From a virus (Duplodnaviria; Caudoviricetes), in the IMG/VR virus record IMGVR_UViG_3300025389_000097, positions 1-27,150 of that record: 27,150 bases of DNA; one strand, 5' to 3'. The stretch's first letter is position 1. The number at the start of each line of letters is the position of its first letter. A model generated the notes under the pieces. It made no database searches. It was given only the letters and a program-made list of their open reading frames with translations, and was not told the origin of the DNA. This document shows, in pieces, positions 6,315 through 15,199 of the stretch. Position numbers and translations under genes: made by a program.

Positions 6315-8597
6315 ATGACAGACAGTTTTTCACCACCACAACAGGTTAGATCAAATGCTGCACGTTCACTAGAACTGCGCAGGAAGCACAATCGCGGCAT
6401 GACCGCTGTTGGTGTTGCTCGCGCCAGAGATCTTTCTAATGGTAAAAACATATCTGCCGACACCATTAAAAGAATGCACTCATATTTTGCTCGTCACGAA
6501 GTTGACAAAAAGGGCAAAGATTGGGCAAACCAATCAAATCCATCTGCTGGTTACATAGCTTGGCTTGGTTGGGGCGGAGACGCTGGGCGTTCTTGGGTTA
6601 ATGGGATTATAAAAAAACTAGACGCTAAAGAATCTCAGGAGAATCCAAACATGGCTTCAACAAAAGCAGCCACTATTCGTGGTGTATTCCTAAAGCCAGG
6701 CCTTTCAAAAAACCGTCGTCTTTACACACGCGGTAACATTGCAAAGGCCGTAGAGCGCATGAAGCAAACTATCACCTCTGGTGAGGGAATGCCTCTTAAC
6801 ATGGCCACTAGCCACGCTGCGGCTTTTCAAGACGACGCAACATCAACTGTTGGTCGTATTACAGACGTAAGACTTCTTCCAGATGGATCTGCTCAATTTG
6901 AAGCGGAAATTGCAAACACAGCTGCTGGCCGTGACGTTGCAAACCTTACTGCTGGAAAGTTTATTAAAGGCGTTTCTATTCGTGGCGAATGGCGTGGAGA
7001 ACCACAAACGGTTACTCACTCAGACGGCATGGAAGCAACAACTGCTGACGACCTTGCAATTCACGGCATTGACTTCACTAACAGCCCTGGCGTTGAAGGT
7101 GCAGAAATTCAATACGCTGCCCTTGCAGAATCACACAATAAACTCTCAATTCTTGAATCAGTAGAAACAGTTGAAATTGTTTCTCGTGATGAAGAAATGG
7201 TTGCTATTGAAGCAGCCGATGTTATTCGTGACGCAGTTGAAACAGCAGTAGAAGAAGCCGTAAATTCAATTTTTGAAAAAGATGCATCTAAGCCTTACGG
7301 CAATGTAACGTACGCTGATCCTGGTTACCAAAAAGACAAGAAAAAGCGTTACCCAATTGACACCGCTGCACACGTTCGTGCTGCTTGGTCATACATTAAC
7401 CAAGGTGACAATGCTAGTCTGTACACAGCTGCTCAATTGGCACGCATTAAGTCTCGTATCAAATCAGCAGCAAAAAAGTTTGGTATCAACATTGTTAGCG
7501 AAGCAGAAATGCTTATTGCTGACATTCAAGAAGTTCTTGAAGCCTATGCTTCAATTGCGCTTGTTAATGATGACGATACCATCAGCATTACTGGTCAAAC
7601 AAATGACCCCCACAAACTAAGGATTGTTGCCAACCGAATCGCTTTTGGTGCAATTGCTGCTATGCACGCAATTGATCCAGACGACGATGGTGACATTTAC
7701 CTTTCTAAACCAGATTGGTCCGCTGTTGACGCTACCGGAGACGCTGGCGGCATGGGACCAGAGGATGAAGAAATGATAGACGACAACAACATGGAATGCC
7801 ACGAATGCGGTGCTACCGCTATGGAAAATGCAATCCACTGTCACATGTGTGGAGCGCTTTTGCCAACGTCAATGACGGCAAATGCACTCGGCTGTAGCAA
7901 CTGCGGAGAATCAACTCCACAGGATGCTATGTATTGCCCCAATTGCGGGGACCCCGTACCACAGGCAGAGTCAAGCGACAATGCCCCAACTCAAGAACAG
8001 GAGACAGAAGTGTCCGACGAAAACACAACTGAAGAAACTCCAGCTGAAGAGGCAACGCTTGAAACCGCTGCTGCCCGCACGCTGAGTGACGCAGACCTAA
8101 GCGCTTTGGCCGCAATGATTATTGCTGGAACAAAGGCTAACGAATCAACACCTGAAGCACCTGCTGCTGAAGTTGTAGCTGAAGAAGAAGAGGTAGTTGC
8201 TGATGAAGCACCTGCTGCTGAAGAAGAAGCTGCTGCTGAAGAAGTAACTGCTGAGGAATCAACTACATCACAGGAGACAATTGTGACTGAAAATAAGATG
8301 TTCAGCGCTGAAGAAGTTGCTGCAATGGTTGCCGAGGCTGCGCAAGCTGCCGCTAAGCAAGCTGTTGAAGCTGCTCAAAACAACGCTATCGAGTCTTACC
8401 GTACTGGCAAGGTGTTCCGCAAGGGACTCGTTGGCTCATCGGTAGGCAACGACGCTTCTGACTTGTCAGAGGCTGAACTAACCCCTGAGGCACTGGCCGA
8501 GATGAACTCGACTTCGTTCCGTAAGGTACAAAATGAAGTTTGGGGATCTACTCCATTCTTCGCAAACAAGTTCGCTCAGGCCGAGCGCGGCTTCTAA
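6315..8597 (+). CDS. Prohead maturation protease / scaffold multidomain protein (760 aa)
   Basis: Protease core resembling T4 gp21-type/HK97-fold proteases (GVFL..GLSKNRRLY, His in TSHA, VGRI, GVSIRG, IDFTNSPG). Acidic Ala/Glu-rich scaffold-like C-terminus. Lies immediately upstream of the capsid gene. Confidence 0.85.
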   Translation: MTDSFSPPQQVRSNAARSLELRRKHNRGMTAVGVARARDLSNGKNISADTIKRMHSYFARHEVDKKGKDWANQSNPSAGYIAWLGWGGDAGRSWVNGIIKKLDAKESQENPNMASTKAATIRGVFLKPGLSKNRRLYTRGNIAKAVERMKQTITSGEGMPLNMATSHAAAFQDDATSTVGRITDVRLLPDGSAQFEAEIANTAAGRDVANLTAGKFIKGVSIRGEWRGEPQTVTHSDGMEATTADDLAIHGIDFTNSPGVEGAEIQYAALAESHNKLSILESVETVEIVSRDEEMVAIEAADVIRDAVETAVEEAVNSIFEKDASKPYGNVTYADPGYQKDKKKRYPIDTAAHVRAAWSYINQGDNASLYTAAQLARIKSRIKSAAKKFGINIVSEAEMLIADIQEVLEAYASIALVNDDDTISITGQTNDPHKLRIVANRIAFGAIAAMHAIDPDDDGDIYLSKPDWSAVDATGDAGGMGPEDEEMIDDNNMECHECGATAMENAIHCHMCGALLPTSMTANALGCSNCGESTPQDAMYCPNCGDPVPQAESSDNAPTQEQETEVSDENTTEETPAEEATLETAAARTLSDADLSALAAMIIAGTKANESTPEAPAAEVVAEEEEVVADEAPAAEEEAAAEEVTAEESTTSQETIVTENKMFSAEEVAAMVAEAAQAAAKQAVEAAQNNAIESYRTGKVFRKGLVGSSVGNDASDLSEAELTPEALAEMNSTSFRKVQNEVWGSTPFFANKFAQAERGF

Positions 8598-8626
8598 CCA
8601 ACTACAATCTTTAAGGAGATAAGCAA

Positions 8627-10159
8627 ATGTCAAACGACTTGCAAGAAGCCCTCACTGCTGCTGGTGCTGCCGCACTAGTACAAAAGCAGATTGACCCAGT
8701 ATTGCTCGAATACCAGCGCCGCTACGCGCCGCTAGTTCGTGCACTACCGTCAACCAAGTGGGGCTCAACAGTTTACTACTTCAACAAGCGTACAACCCTA
8801 CCTTCGGGTGGATTCGTAACCGACGGTGGCGCACGCCCTGTCAGCACATCAAACTACGCACAAGAGAACTTCCAAATTCGCTTGCTGCAAAGTGTCGGTG
8901 CTGTAACTGGTTACTCACAGGCTGTAACAGCTGACCTCATCGGTGACCTTCGTGCCCGTGAAATCGAGGGTGCTGCCCGCGGTCTTTACTGGGACATTGA
9001 AAACGCTCTAATTTGGGGTGCAGAAGCACCTACAGTTGCGGGTCCATACCCACAATTTGACGGACTAGACGTTATTGTTTCATCATTCTCATCATCTAAC
9101 GCAGGTGGACCTAACCAAGGTGTCGGTGGCGGAGCCATTGACAACTACGGTGGTGCTTCTACTTGGGCTGGACCAGCCTACAACCCATGGGTTGACGGCG
9201 TTGACCAGAATGCAATTGACTTCGGTGGAAACTCACTTTCACTTGGTGGACTTGACCTCCTCATTGACCTCGTTGAGAGCAATGTTGCAGAGCCAATCGA
9301 AAACGCTGAGTGGATGTTCCTCATGTCACCAAACGCTAACAGCCGTCTTTCACAGCTCCTTATCAACCAACAACGTTTTGTTGACCAGGTTGAAATTGCT
9401 GCTGGTTTGATCGTGCCTACATACCGTGGTGTTCCAATCGTTAAGTCATCATTCCTCTCACCACGTACTAACCAAATGGGAACCGTAACTGGATCTGCAA
9501 CTGGAACTGGTACATTGAGCGGAGACTTCACATACAAGGTTGCTCCTGTAATTGCTCGTTTTGGAGAAATCCAAGCTGCTGCAACTGCAAAGCTTTCACC
9601 TTCAACAAGCGCTTGCACACTTTCATTCTCGACCCCAACAGGTCCAGAAGGATCGCAACCAACGCACTACAAGGTATACCGCGCTGCAGGTTCAACACCT
9701 GGAAACACAGCATTCAACCTCCTGGGTATCGTAGACGCTAACTTCCTTGACTCAACTGGAAACATTTGGGCTACAACGAAGATTGTTGACAACGGAACAA
9801 CCCTTATCTGCTACAACGGAAGCAACGTACAGGCATCGCCTACAGCTGCTTACGCTTACAGCAACGCAGGAATGCACCCACTTACCTCAAACGGTGAGCA
9901 GAGCATCTACCTAATGTCACGCGACGCAAACTACATCACACGTCCTTTTGTACGTGAAATGCAGCCAGTAAACGTGTACCCAACAACTGCATCGCCAGAC
10001 AGCTTGCCATTCGCATTCGTTGCGGACACTACGCTTGCTATCCGTGCACCTAAGTACTTAGGTCGCCTTGCAAACGTTGCGAGTGCTTTGGACTCTAAGG
10101 CTGGAAACGGTGTAACACCGACCAACAGCTCTTACACTCCTAACTTCATCGTTGACTAA
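8627..10159 (+). CDS. Major capsid protein (HK97 fold) with inserted beta-rich domain
   Basis: Strong SD AAGGAG, C-ending codon bias suggesting high expression, position after protease/scaffold, motifs IENALIWG, FDGL and YRGVPIV. Confidence 0.9.
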   Translation: MSNDLQEALTAAGAAALVQKQIDPVLLEYQRRYAPLVRALPSTKWGSTVYYFNKRTTLPSGGFVTDGGARPVSTSNYAQENFQIRLLQSVGAVTGYSQAVTADLIGDLRAREIEGAARGLYWDIENALIWGAEAPTVAGPYPQFDGLDVIVSSFSSSNAGGPNQGVGGGAIDNYGGASTWAGPAYNPWVDGVDQNAIDFGGNSLSLGGLDLLIDLVESNVAEPIENAEWMFLMSPNANSRLSQLLINQQRFVDQVEIAAGLIVPTYRGVPIVKSSFLSPRTNQMGTVTGSATGTGTLSGDFTYKVAPVIARFGEIQAAATAKLSPSTSACTLSFSTPTGPEGSQPTHYKVYRAAGSTPGNTAFNLLGIVDANFLDSTGNIWATTKIVDNGTTLICYNGSNVQASPTAAYAYSNAGMHPLTSNGEQSIYLMSRDANYITRPFVREMQPVNVYPTTASPDSLPFAFVADTTLAIRAPKYLGRLANVASALDSKAGNGVTPTNSSYTPNFIVD

Positions 10160-10175
10160 TTAGGTAGTCAGATTT

Positions 10176-10222
10176 CAGTGTGGTGGGTAGGTTCCCTCGT
10201 TCCTCCCCTACCCACCGCACTG
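10176..10222 (+). terminator. 16-bp stem-loop after the capsid gene (terminator or mRNA-stabilising hairpin)
   Basis: cagtgtggtgggtagg (10176-10191) pairs with cctacccaccgcactg (10207-10222) with one G-U pair. 15-nt loop and only a weak U tail (gatttat). Confidence 0.6.
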
Positions 10223-10245
10223 GATTTATCTCAGAAAGGTTTGAA

Positions 10246-10560
10246 ATGCCATTAATCGCAGCAAAAGAACCAGGTGGCACCGAGGGTTACTCTTGGGAGA
10301 AAGCTGGAGACGAAGGTGCTATTGAAGTACCAATTCGTTTGGCTCATTCCCTTTTGAGTATTCCCGGTGAATTATTTTACCAGGTAAAAAAAGAAGTAAA
10401 AAAGATTGAAAAAACTGTTGAGAATGTTGTTGAAAAAGAAGTAGAAAAAGTAGCTCCAAAAACAGCTTCAAAATCTGCTGAAGAAGATCCAACATCACCC
10501 GACATTACGTCTGCACTAGATGCAGCGTCAACTACTAAGCGTCGCGCAAAGAAAGAGTAA
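10246..10560 (+). CDS. Hypothetical head-associated protein (104 aa)
   Basis: Start moved from 10180 to ATG 10246 (SD GAAAGG; the upstream part is the hairpin). K/E-rich low-complexity C-half, as is common for the gene after a capsid gene. Confidence 0.75.
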   Translation: MPLIAAKEPGGTEGYSWEKAGDEGAIEVPIRLAHSLLSIPGELFYQVKKEVKKIEKTVENVVEKEVEKVAPKTASKSAEEDPTSPDITSALDAASTTKRRAKKE

Positions 10561-10562
10561 TC

Positions 10563-11249
10563 ATGGCAAATAACGGGTCACAATACAACGATCCCGTTTC
10601 ACTTGCCAGTGTTGCTGACTTTCAACGTCGCTATCCCGAGTTAGTTGTTGACCTCGAACCAAGTCTCATTGCAGACATTTTGGTTGAGGCAACAACTCAC
10701 TTAGAGGACTTGACGGGTCGACGTTTGGCACCTTTTAAGGGTCACATTTTTCAAGAGCGCCTATTCGGCATTGACCCAATGGAATACGGCAATAACGCCG
10801 ATATGCCACTGGACATTTACGGATCTTTGGGTCTTTCTCAAGCTATTGCTCTTGGTGCGTCAACACTTGTACGTCACTTCTGGCTTGATCAATTCGCTCC
10901 GGTATATCCGGAACTGTGGACATACGACATTAAGTCTATGGACATCTATCGCACCTATGGCGACACGCAACCCATTAATTTTAAAAATGGTGGAGTTCGT
11001 GGACCAGATGTGACCGACGGTCACGTATGGCTTCGCCTTGGTACATTCGCCCCTGAAGGAACCCGTGTAACTGTCGTTTACGACGGTGGATACACAAAAG
11101 GTATTCCTGCTTCGCTTCGTCGTGCCTGTTTGTTTCAAGCGGCCAAGTTTGTCATTCTAGAATTTGAACCACAGATTCGTCGTGAAATGAATCTTGACGA
11201 AATGGAGAACACGGTCAATAAACTGATCGGTCCTTGGGTAAGAGGCTAA
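10563..11249 (+). CDS. Head-to-tail adaptor (gp6/gp15-like)
   Basis: N-terminal LASVADF...ATTHLEDLTGRRL and C-terminal VVYDGGY..IPASLRRACL motifs, plus position. Confidence 0.75.
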   Translation: MANNGSQYNDPVSLASVADFQRRYPELVVDLEPSLIADILVEATTHLEDLTGRRLAPFKGHIFQERLFGIDPMEYGNNADMPLDIYGSLGLSQAIALGASTLVRHFWLDQFAPVYPELWTYDIKSMDIYRTYGDTQPINFKNGGVRGPDVTDGHVWLRLGTFAPEGTRVTVVYDGGYTKGIPASLRRACLFQAAKFVILEFEPQIRREMNLDEMENTVNKLIGPWVRG

Positions 11250-11250
11250 C

Positions 11251-12198
11251 ATGGGCCAGATGAATTTCCGTAATGGATCACCTCAGGGTTTTTACGCTAA
11301 AAATTTACAAAACGTAGCAGTAAAACTTCAAATGTATGCTGCTGCATTAAAAGACCCAATGCCTGCTCTTTCTCAAATTGAAGAGTTGTTTATAGCAATG
11401 GAAGAAGAGCGTTTCCTTAATTATGGTGCCGCTCCAATGTTTGGTATTCCTGAACAATGGGAACCATTAGCAGATAGTACAATTTATTCAAAACAAGGAT
11501 ACGGCGGAGATCGCCCACTTGTTAACTTTGGTTATCTTCACGCAGCAGCTGTTGCGCCAACAATCGTAAACACACCAAAAAGTGCTGTAGTTACAATTGA
11601 CCCAAGAAAACACGGTGCACCAGAGAATTATTCTCGTAATAAAGACTATGGTTATTTTCATCAAACTGGAGATAATGAATCAGGAATTATTAGAGAAATT
11701 ATTACTATTACACCAGCATTTAAAGAAGAAGCAATGCGAATAATGCAAAGCTACATTGGTGTTGGTAAAGAAAAAGTTGCTAAAATTGCTAAAGCAAATT
11801 CTGCAAGAATTGAAAGTTCAAAATCCACTTACGTTGAACAGGCTATGCGAAGAGATTCGCAAGCAGTTTCATTAAAATCAAGAACTAGCAGAACTGGAAA
11901 CAGAGAACTATCTGCTTCCGGTAAAAGAACGATTGACAGAAATGCAGCAGAATTAGCTAGGATGAAAGATCCAAGTCTTTCAACTTATTCCCATTATGAG
12001 AACATACGTCTCACTAGACAAGTTCAATCAGAATTTAATAAAGCAAATAAGTTAAATTCATCTCAAGTAGATTCACTGATAAATAGAGTTTCTGGTGGGA
12101 AATTAAACAGAGAAAAAATGTCGTTTTATAATTCTACATTAAGAGAAAACCAAGTAACTGGTGCTCAAAGAATTGCAGACGGATTTGGTAAACCATGA
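11251..12198 (+). CDS. Neck/virion morphogenesis protein (Mu gpG/P2 gpS-like) with C-terminal extension
   Basis: ERF...WEPLADST..K...PLVNFGYL...YGYFHQTG pattern in the first ~170 aa. Confidence 0.7.
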   Translation: MGQMNFRNGSPQGFYAKNLQNVAVKLQMYAAALKDPMPALSQIEELFIAMEEERFLNYGAAPMFGIPEQWEPLADSTIYSKQGYGGDRPLVNFGYLHAAAVAPTIVNTPKSAVVTIDPRKHGAPENYSRNKDYGYFHQTGDNESGIIREIITITPAFKEEAMRIMQSYIGVGKEKVAKIAKANSARIESSKSTYVEQAMRRDSQAVSLKSRTSRTGNRELSASGKRTIDRNAAELARMKDPSLSTYSHYENIRLTRQVQSEFNKANKLNSSQVDSLINRVSGGKLNREKMSFYNSTLRENQVTGAQRIADGFGKP

Positions 12199-12866
12199 TG
12201 GCACAAAGAAACTGGTGGACTGATTGGGATCTTTCTTACACCGATAATATATTTGGCCCCCTTATTGGCGGCAACTCTGTTCAAGAAGCTTTTTATAAGA
12301 CGCTTCAAGAATGGCTTCCTACTTACATTGCGGAAATTAACCGCAAATTAGGTAGTCAAGTTCTTCTTGAGCCATTTGAATATCGCCACCGTCCTGAATT
12401 CAGGAACCTTCCAAGAAATGCATCGGCCGCAATTCTTATTGAAGTTCCTAATACAATCGGTGTTCCGAGAATTTATCAAAACGCCATTCGAGTGAACTGG
12501 CGCGTAGAAGTTTTAGTCTACGTGTACGGTACAAAAGATTGGCAAGAAACACAAGCACTGACTTCTGCCTATGCGGCAGCGGTTCGTGCTGCCATTATTC
12601 AACATCGCGGTCTAGGTGGGTTTGCTCAAACAACCATCTGGGAGGGCGAGGAATATGCTGAAGGCGAACACTCAGGTGGTCGTACAACAGGTATTGCTCA
12701 CCTTCGTTTTGCCGTCACCGTTGGAAACGCAATGACAATGTTTGGGGGTCCCCCATCACCACAATACGCTCCAGCAGGTGCAAGTACCGGACCATCAATA
12801 TTGCCTCCAGAGCCTGCATTCCAGGTTGAAGATGTCAATGTTGAGGTTATAAAGGAAGATATATGA
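12195..12866 (+). CDS. Probable tail terminator/completion protein
   Basis: Position between neck and sheath. Beta-alpha-beta pattern (WRVEVLVYV...YAAAVRAAIIQH). ATGA overlap. Confidence 0.6.
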   Translation: MMAQRNWWTDWDLSYTDNIFGPLIGGNSVQEAFYKTLQEWLPTYIAEINRKLGSQVLLEPFEYRHRPEFRNLPRNASAAILIEVPNTIGVPRIYQNAIRVNWRVEVLVYVYGTKDWQETQALTSAYAAAVRAAIIQHRGLGGFAQTTIWEGEEYAEGEHSGGRTTGIAHLRFAVTVGNAMTMFGGPPSPQYAPAGASTGPSILPPEPAFQVEDVNVEVIKEDI

Positions 12867-13132
12867 GCAAAAAGAAAGTAATCGTTCAATCACGACACGT
12901 TATTTTTGATGATAAGGGTCAATCCCTTATCCCAGCGCACCAACACACCGTTGAAGACGGTCCAGTGGTTGACGCACACATTTTAAATGGTCTTTTGACA
13001 ATTGTTACAGAAACTAAGCCAGAGGCAACAAAGGCAGAAGCTATGGAAGAATCAAAAAAGATCGTCCCAAACAAAAACCCACGTACTCAGGAAACTGAGA
13101 CACTAATCCCACAGGAGAACGCAAATGGCTAA
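12863..13132 (+). CDS. Hypothetical protein (89 aa) preceding sheath
   Basis: SD AAGGA, ATGA overlap, small pre-sheath gene with a charged tail. Confidence 0.75.
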   Translation: MSKKKVIVQSRHVIFDDKGQSLIPAHQHTVEDGPVVDAHILNGLLTIVTETKPEATKAEAMEESKKIVPNKNPRTQETETLIPQENANG

Positions 13133-14660
13133 TTCAGCTCCCGGCGTATACGTTAACGTAACCGCTAGCGCTTCAAATTCCCAGGGTGTAAACCCAACCG
13201 GTCAATGGTTTGTCGTCGGTAACGCCGCAGGACCAACTGGTGTAGCTGTTCCAGTAAGCTCAATGTCAGACTTCACGACCTACTTTGGTCAATTTGTCGG
13301 CGGTAAGCTAACTGGTCGCTACAACGTTACACCAAATTCAGTCAACCTCAACAGCACACTGCTTTACGATGCTCTTGATGTCTATTTCAAAGAAGGCGGA
13401 ATCGTTGCTAACGTTTCTGTCCTTGGTGCCGCAACTGGCGCAACCGCAGCAACAGCAACACTTGGAACAAACTCATTCACTGCAATTAGCGGTGGTACAT
13501 GGGCTAACAGTTCTAACGCTTCTGCTGCTGGTCTTGTAATTAACTTTACAAACACAACTGTAAACACTGTTGCAACATACGCTGCAAGCATTGTTCTTAA
13601 CGGCGTTCTTCTTGCTTCTTCACCGAAGTTTGAGGCAACTGGCGCAGAACTTGCACTAAACCAATGGATTAACTCACTGCCAGTGCTTAAGTCACTTTGC
13701 ACAGTTTCAACAATTTCAGGTTCAGCTGCCCTTCCAACAACAAACAGCACAACTTCAATTTACTTTGCATCAGGAACAGACGCGGCAACTGCTGACACAG
13801 ACGTACCAAACGCACTTGCTGCATTTGGCACATCTTTTGGCGCTGGTCAAGTCTCTTACCCAGGTGCTTATTCAGAAGCTGTTTACGCTGCTTTGACAGA
13901 TCACGCTGCTGCAAACAATCGAGTTGCAGTGCTTGACGTTAACCCATCACACTCTGCATCTGGACTTATTTCTGATGTTCACACACTTCAATCAAGCGGT
14001 TCAGACACATCACACGCTGCAATCTTTGGTCCTTGGCTAACCACGCCTGGTGCTACTGCTGGATTTGCTCGCACAGTACCTGCTTCTGCACTTGCTGCTG
14101 CTTTAATGGCAAAGATTGACACAAAGTACGACGCAAACGTTGCCGCTGCAGGTTCTTTAAACGGAACTTCAATTTACGCAACAGGAGTTGCTAAGTCATA
14201 CTCTGCTGACGACCGTACGCTTTTGAACAATGCTGGCGTTAACGTTATTCGCCTTGTTCCAACAACTGGAAACATTACAGTTTACGGATACCGTTCACTT
14301 GACACTACAGGTGACTGGACATTCCTAAACAACGTACGTTTCCGTATGCAACTGATCTCAGAGTTTGAAACTGCTGGTGAAGCATTCATGTTTAAGCAAA
14401 TTGACGGACGAGGACACCTTATCTCTGACTTCAACTCAGCTATTGCTGGAATTTGCCAAGCACACTGGATCAAGGGAAGTCTTTACGGCACAACCCCAGA
14501 TGCTTCATACATCGTCAACACTGGCGTACAGGTAAACACACCTTCAACAATTGCTGCTGGTCAACTTAACGCTAATGTAAGCCTTAAGATGTCTCCGTTT
14601 GCTGAATTCATTACCATTAATGTAACTAAGTTCCTTGCTAACGCAACACTTCCACTATAA
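13125..14660 (+). CDS. Contractile tail sheath protein
   Basis: N-terminal APGVYV. NRVAVLD, FGPWL, VPAS, LNNAGVNVIR, VYGYRSL, FLNNVR and PFAEFITI motifs. Confidence 0.95.
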   Translation: MANSAPGVYVNVTASASNSQGVNPTGQWFVVGNAAGPTGVAVPVSSMSDFTTYFGQFVGGKLTGRYNVTPNSVNLNSTLLYDALDVYFKEGGIVANVSVLGAATGATAATATLGTNSFTAISGGTWANSSNASAAGLVINFTNTTVNTVATYAASIVLNGVLLASSPKFEATGAELALNQWINSLPVLKSLCTVSTISGSAALPTTNSTTSIYFASGTDAATADTDVPNALAAFGTSFGAGQVSYPGAYSEAVYAALTDHAAANNRVAVLDVNPSHSASGLISDVHTLQSSGSDTSHAAIFGPWLTTPGATAGFARTVPASALAAALMAKIDTKYDANVAAAGSLNGTSIYATGVAKSYSADDRTLLNNAGVNVIRLVPTTGNITVYGYRSLDTTGDWTFLNNVRFRMQLISEFETAGEAFMFKQIDGRGHLISDFNSAIAGICQAHWIKGSLYGTTPDASYIVNTGVQVNTPSTIAAGQLNANVSLKMSPFAEFITINVTKFLANATLPL

Positions 14661-14690
14661 GCTTAATTAAGATATCTAGGAGATAATAAA

Positions 14691-15164
14691 ATGGCTGATG
14701 TAACACACAATTATGGCTCAGAACAGCAATGGAGGGCCACCCTGCAAATCAACTCAATTCCAAAGGGACTAACGCCCTCAGTGCTTTCAACATCTTCAAC
14801 CATTACTTTTGACAAGTTTTCTGGTGGAGACGTTACTGCAGCGGTAAACAAGCACCGTCCTGGTGGAATGGGTCCTGAAATCACTTACCTTTCACTTCCA
14901 ACTTACTCAGACGTTGTTTTGACTAAAGTTTACGAAACTCAGGTTGACCACATTATTATCAAGGACCTTCACGCTTTGGCTGGAAGATCAATGGTTACGG
15001 TTACCCTTACACCGCTTGACGACGAAGGAAACGTTTACGACTCAGTAAGCGCTCGTACCTACTCAGGTCGCCTTGTCAATGTAAAAGACGGCGGCGCCGA
15101 CTCAATGTCAAATGCTGCTAGAATGTACGAGATTGACATTGCCGTAGAAAGCATCTCAAACTAA
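14691..15164 (+). CDS. Tail tube protein
   Basis: 157 aa directly after the sheath, SD AGGAG. FDKFSGG...HRPGGM...YSDVVLTK...VTLTPLD pattern of T4 gp19-like tubes. Confidence 0.88.
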   Translation: MADVTHNYGSEQQWRATLQINSIPKGLTPSVLSTSSTITFDKFSGGDVTAAVNKHRPGGMGPEITYLSLPTYSDVVLTKVYETQVDHIIIKDLHALAGRSMVTVTLTPLDDEGNVYDSVSARTYSGRLVNVKDGGADSMSNAARMYEIDIAVESISN

Positions 15165-15199
15165 GTTTTAAATAAATAACTACACCATTGGAGGAACAC

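Noticed and set aside
8153-8223. 20-bp direct repeat tgaagcacctgctgctgaag (8153-8172, 8204-8223)
   Set aside because: Explained by the low-complexity EAPAAE linker of the scaffold region.
14658-14677. Chain of overlapping palindromes (TAAGCTTA, CTTAATTAAG, AGATATCT) resembling a polylinker
   Set aside because: Short AT-rich palindromes in a normal 30-bp spacer with an intact SD. There is no other vector-like sequence, so chance is sufficient.
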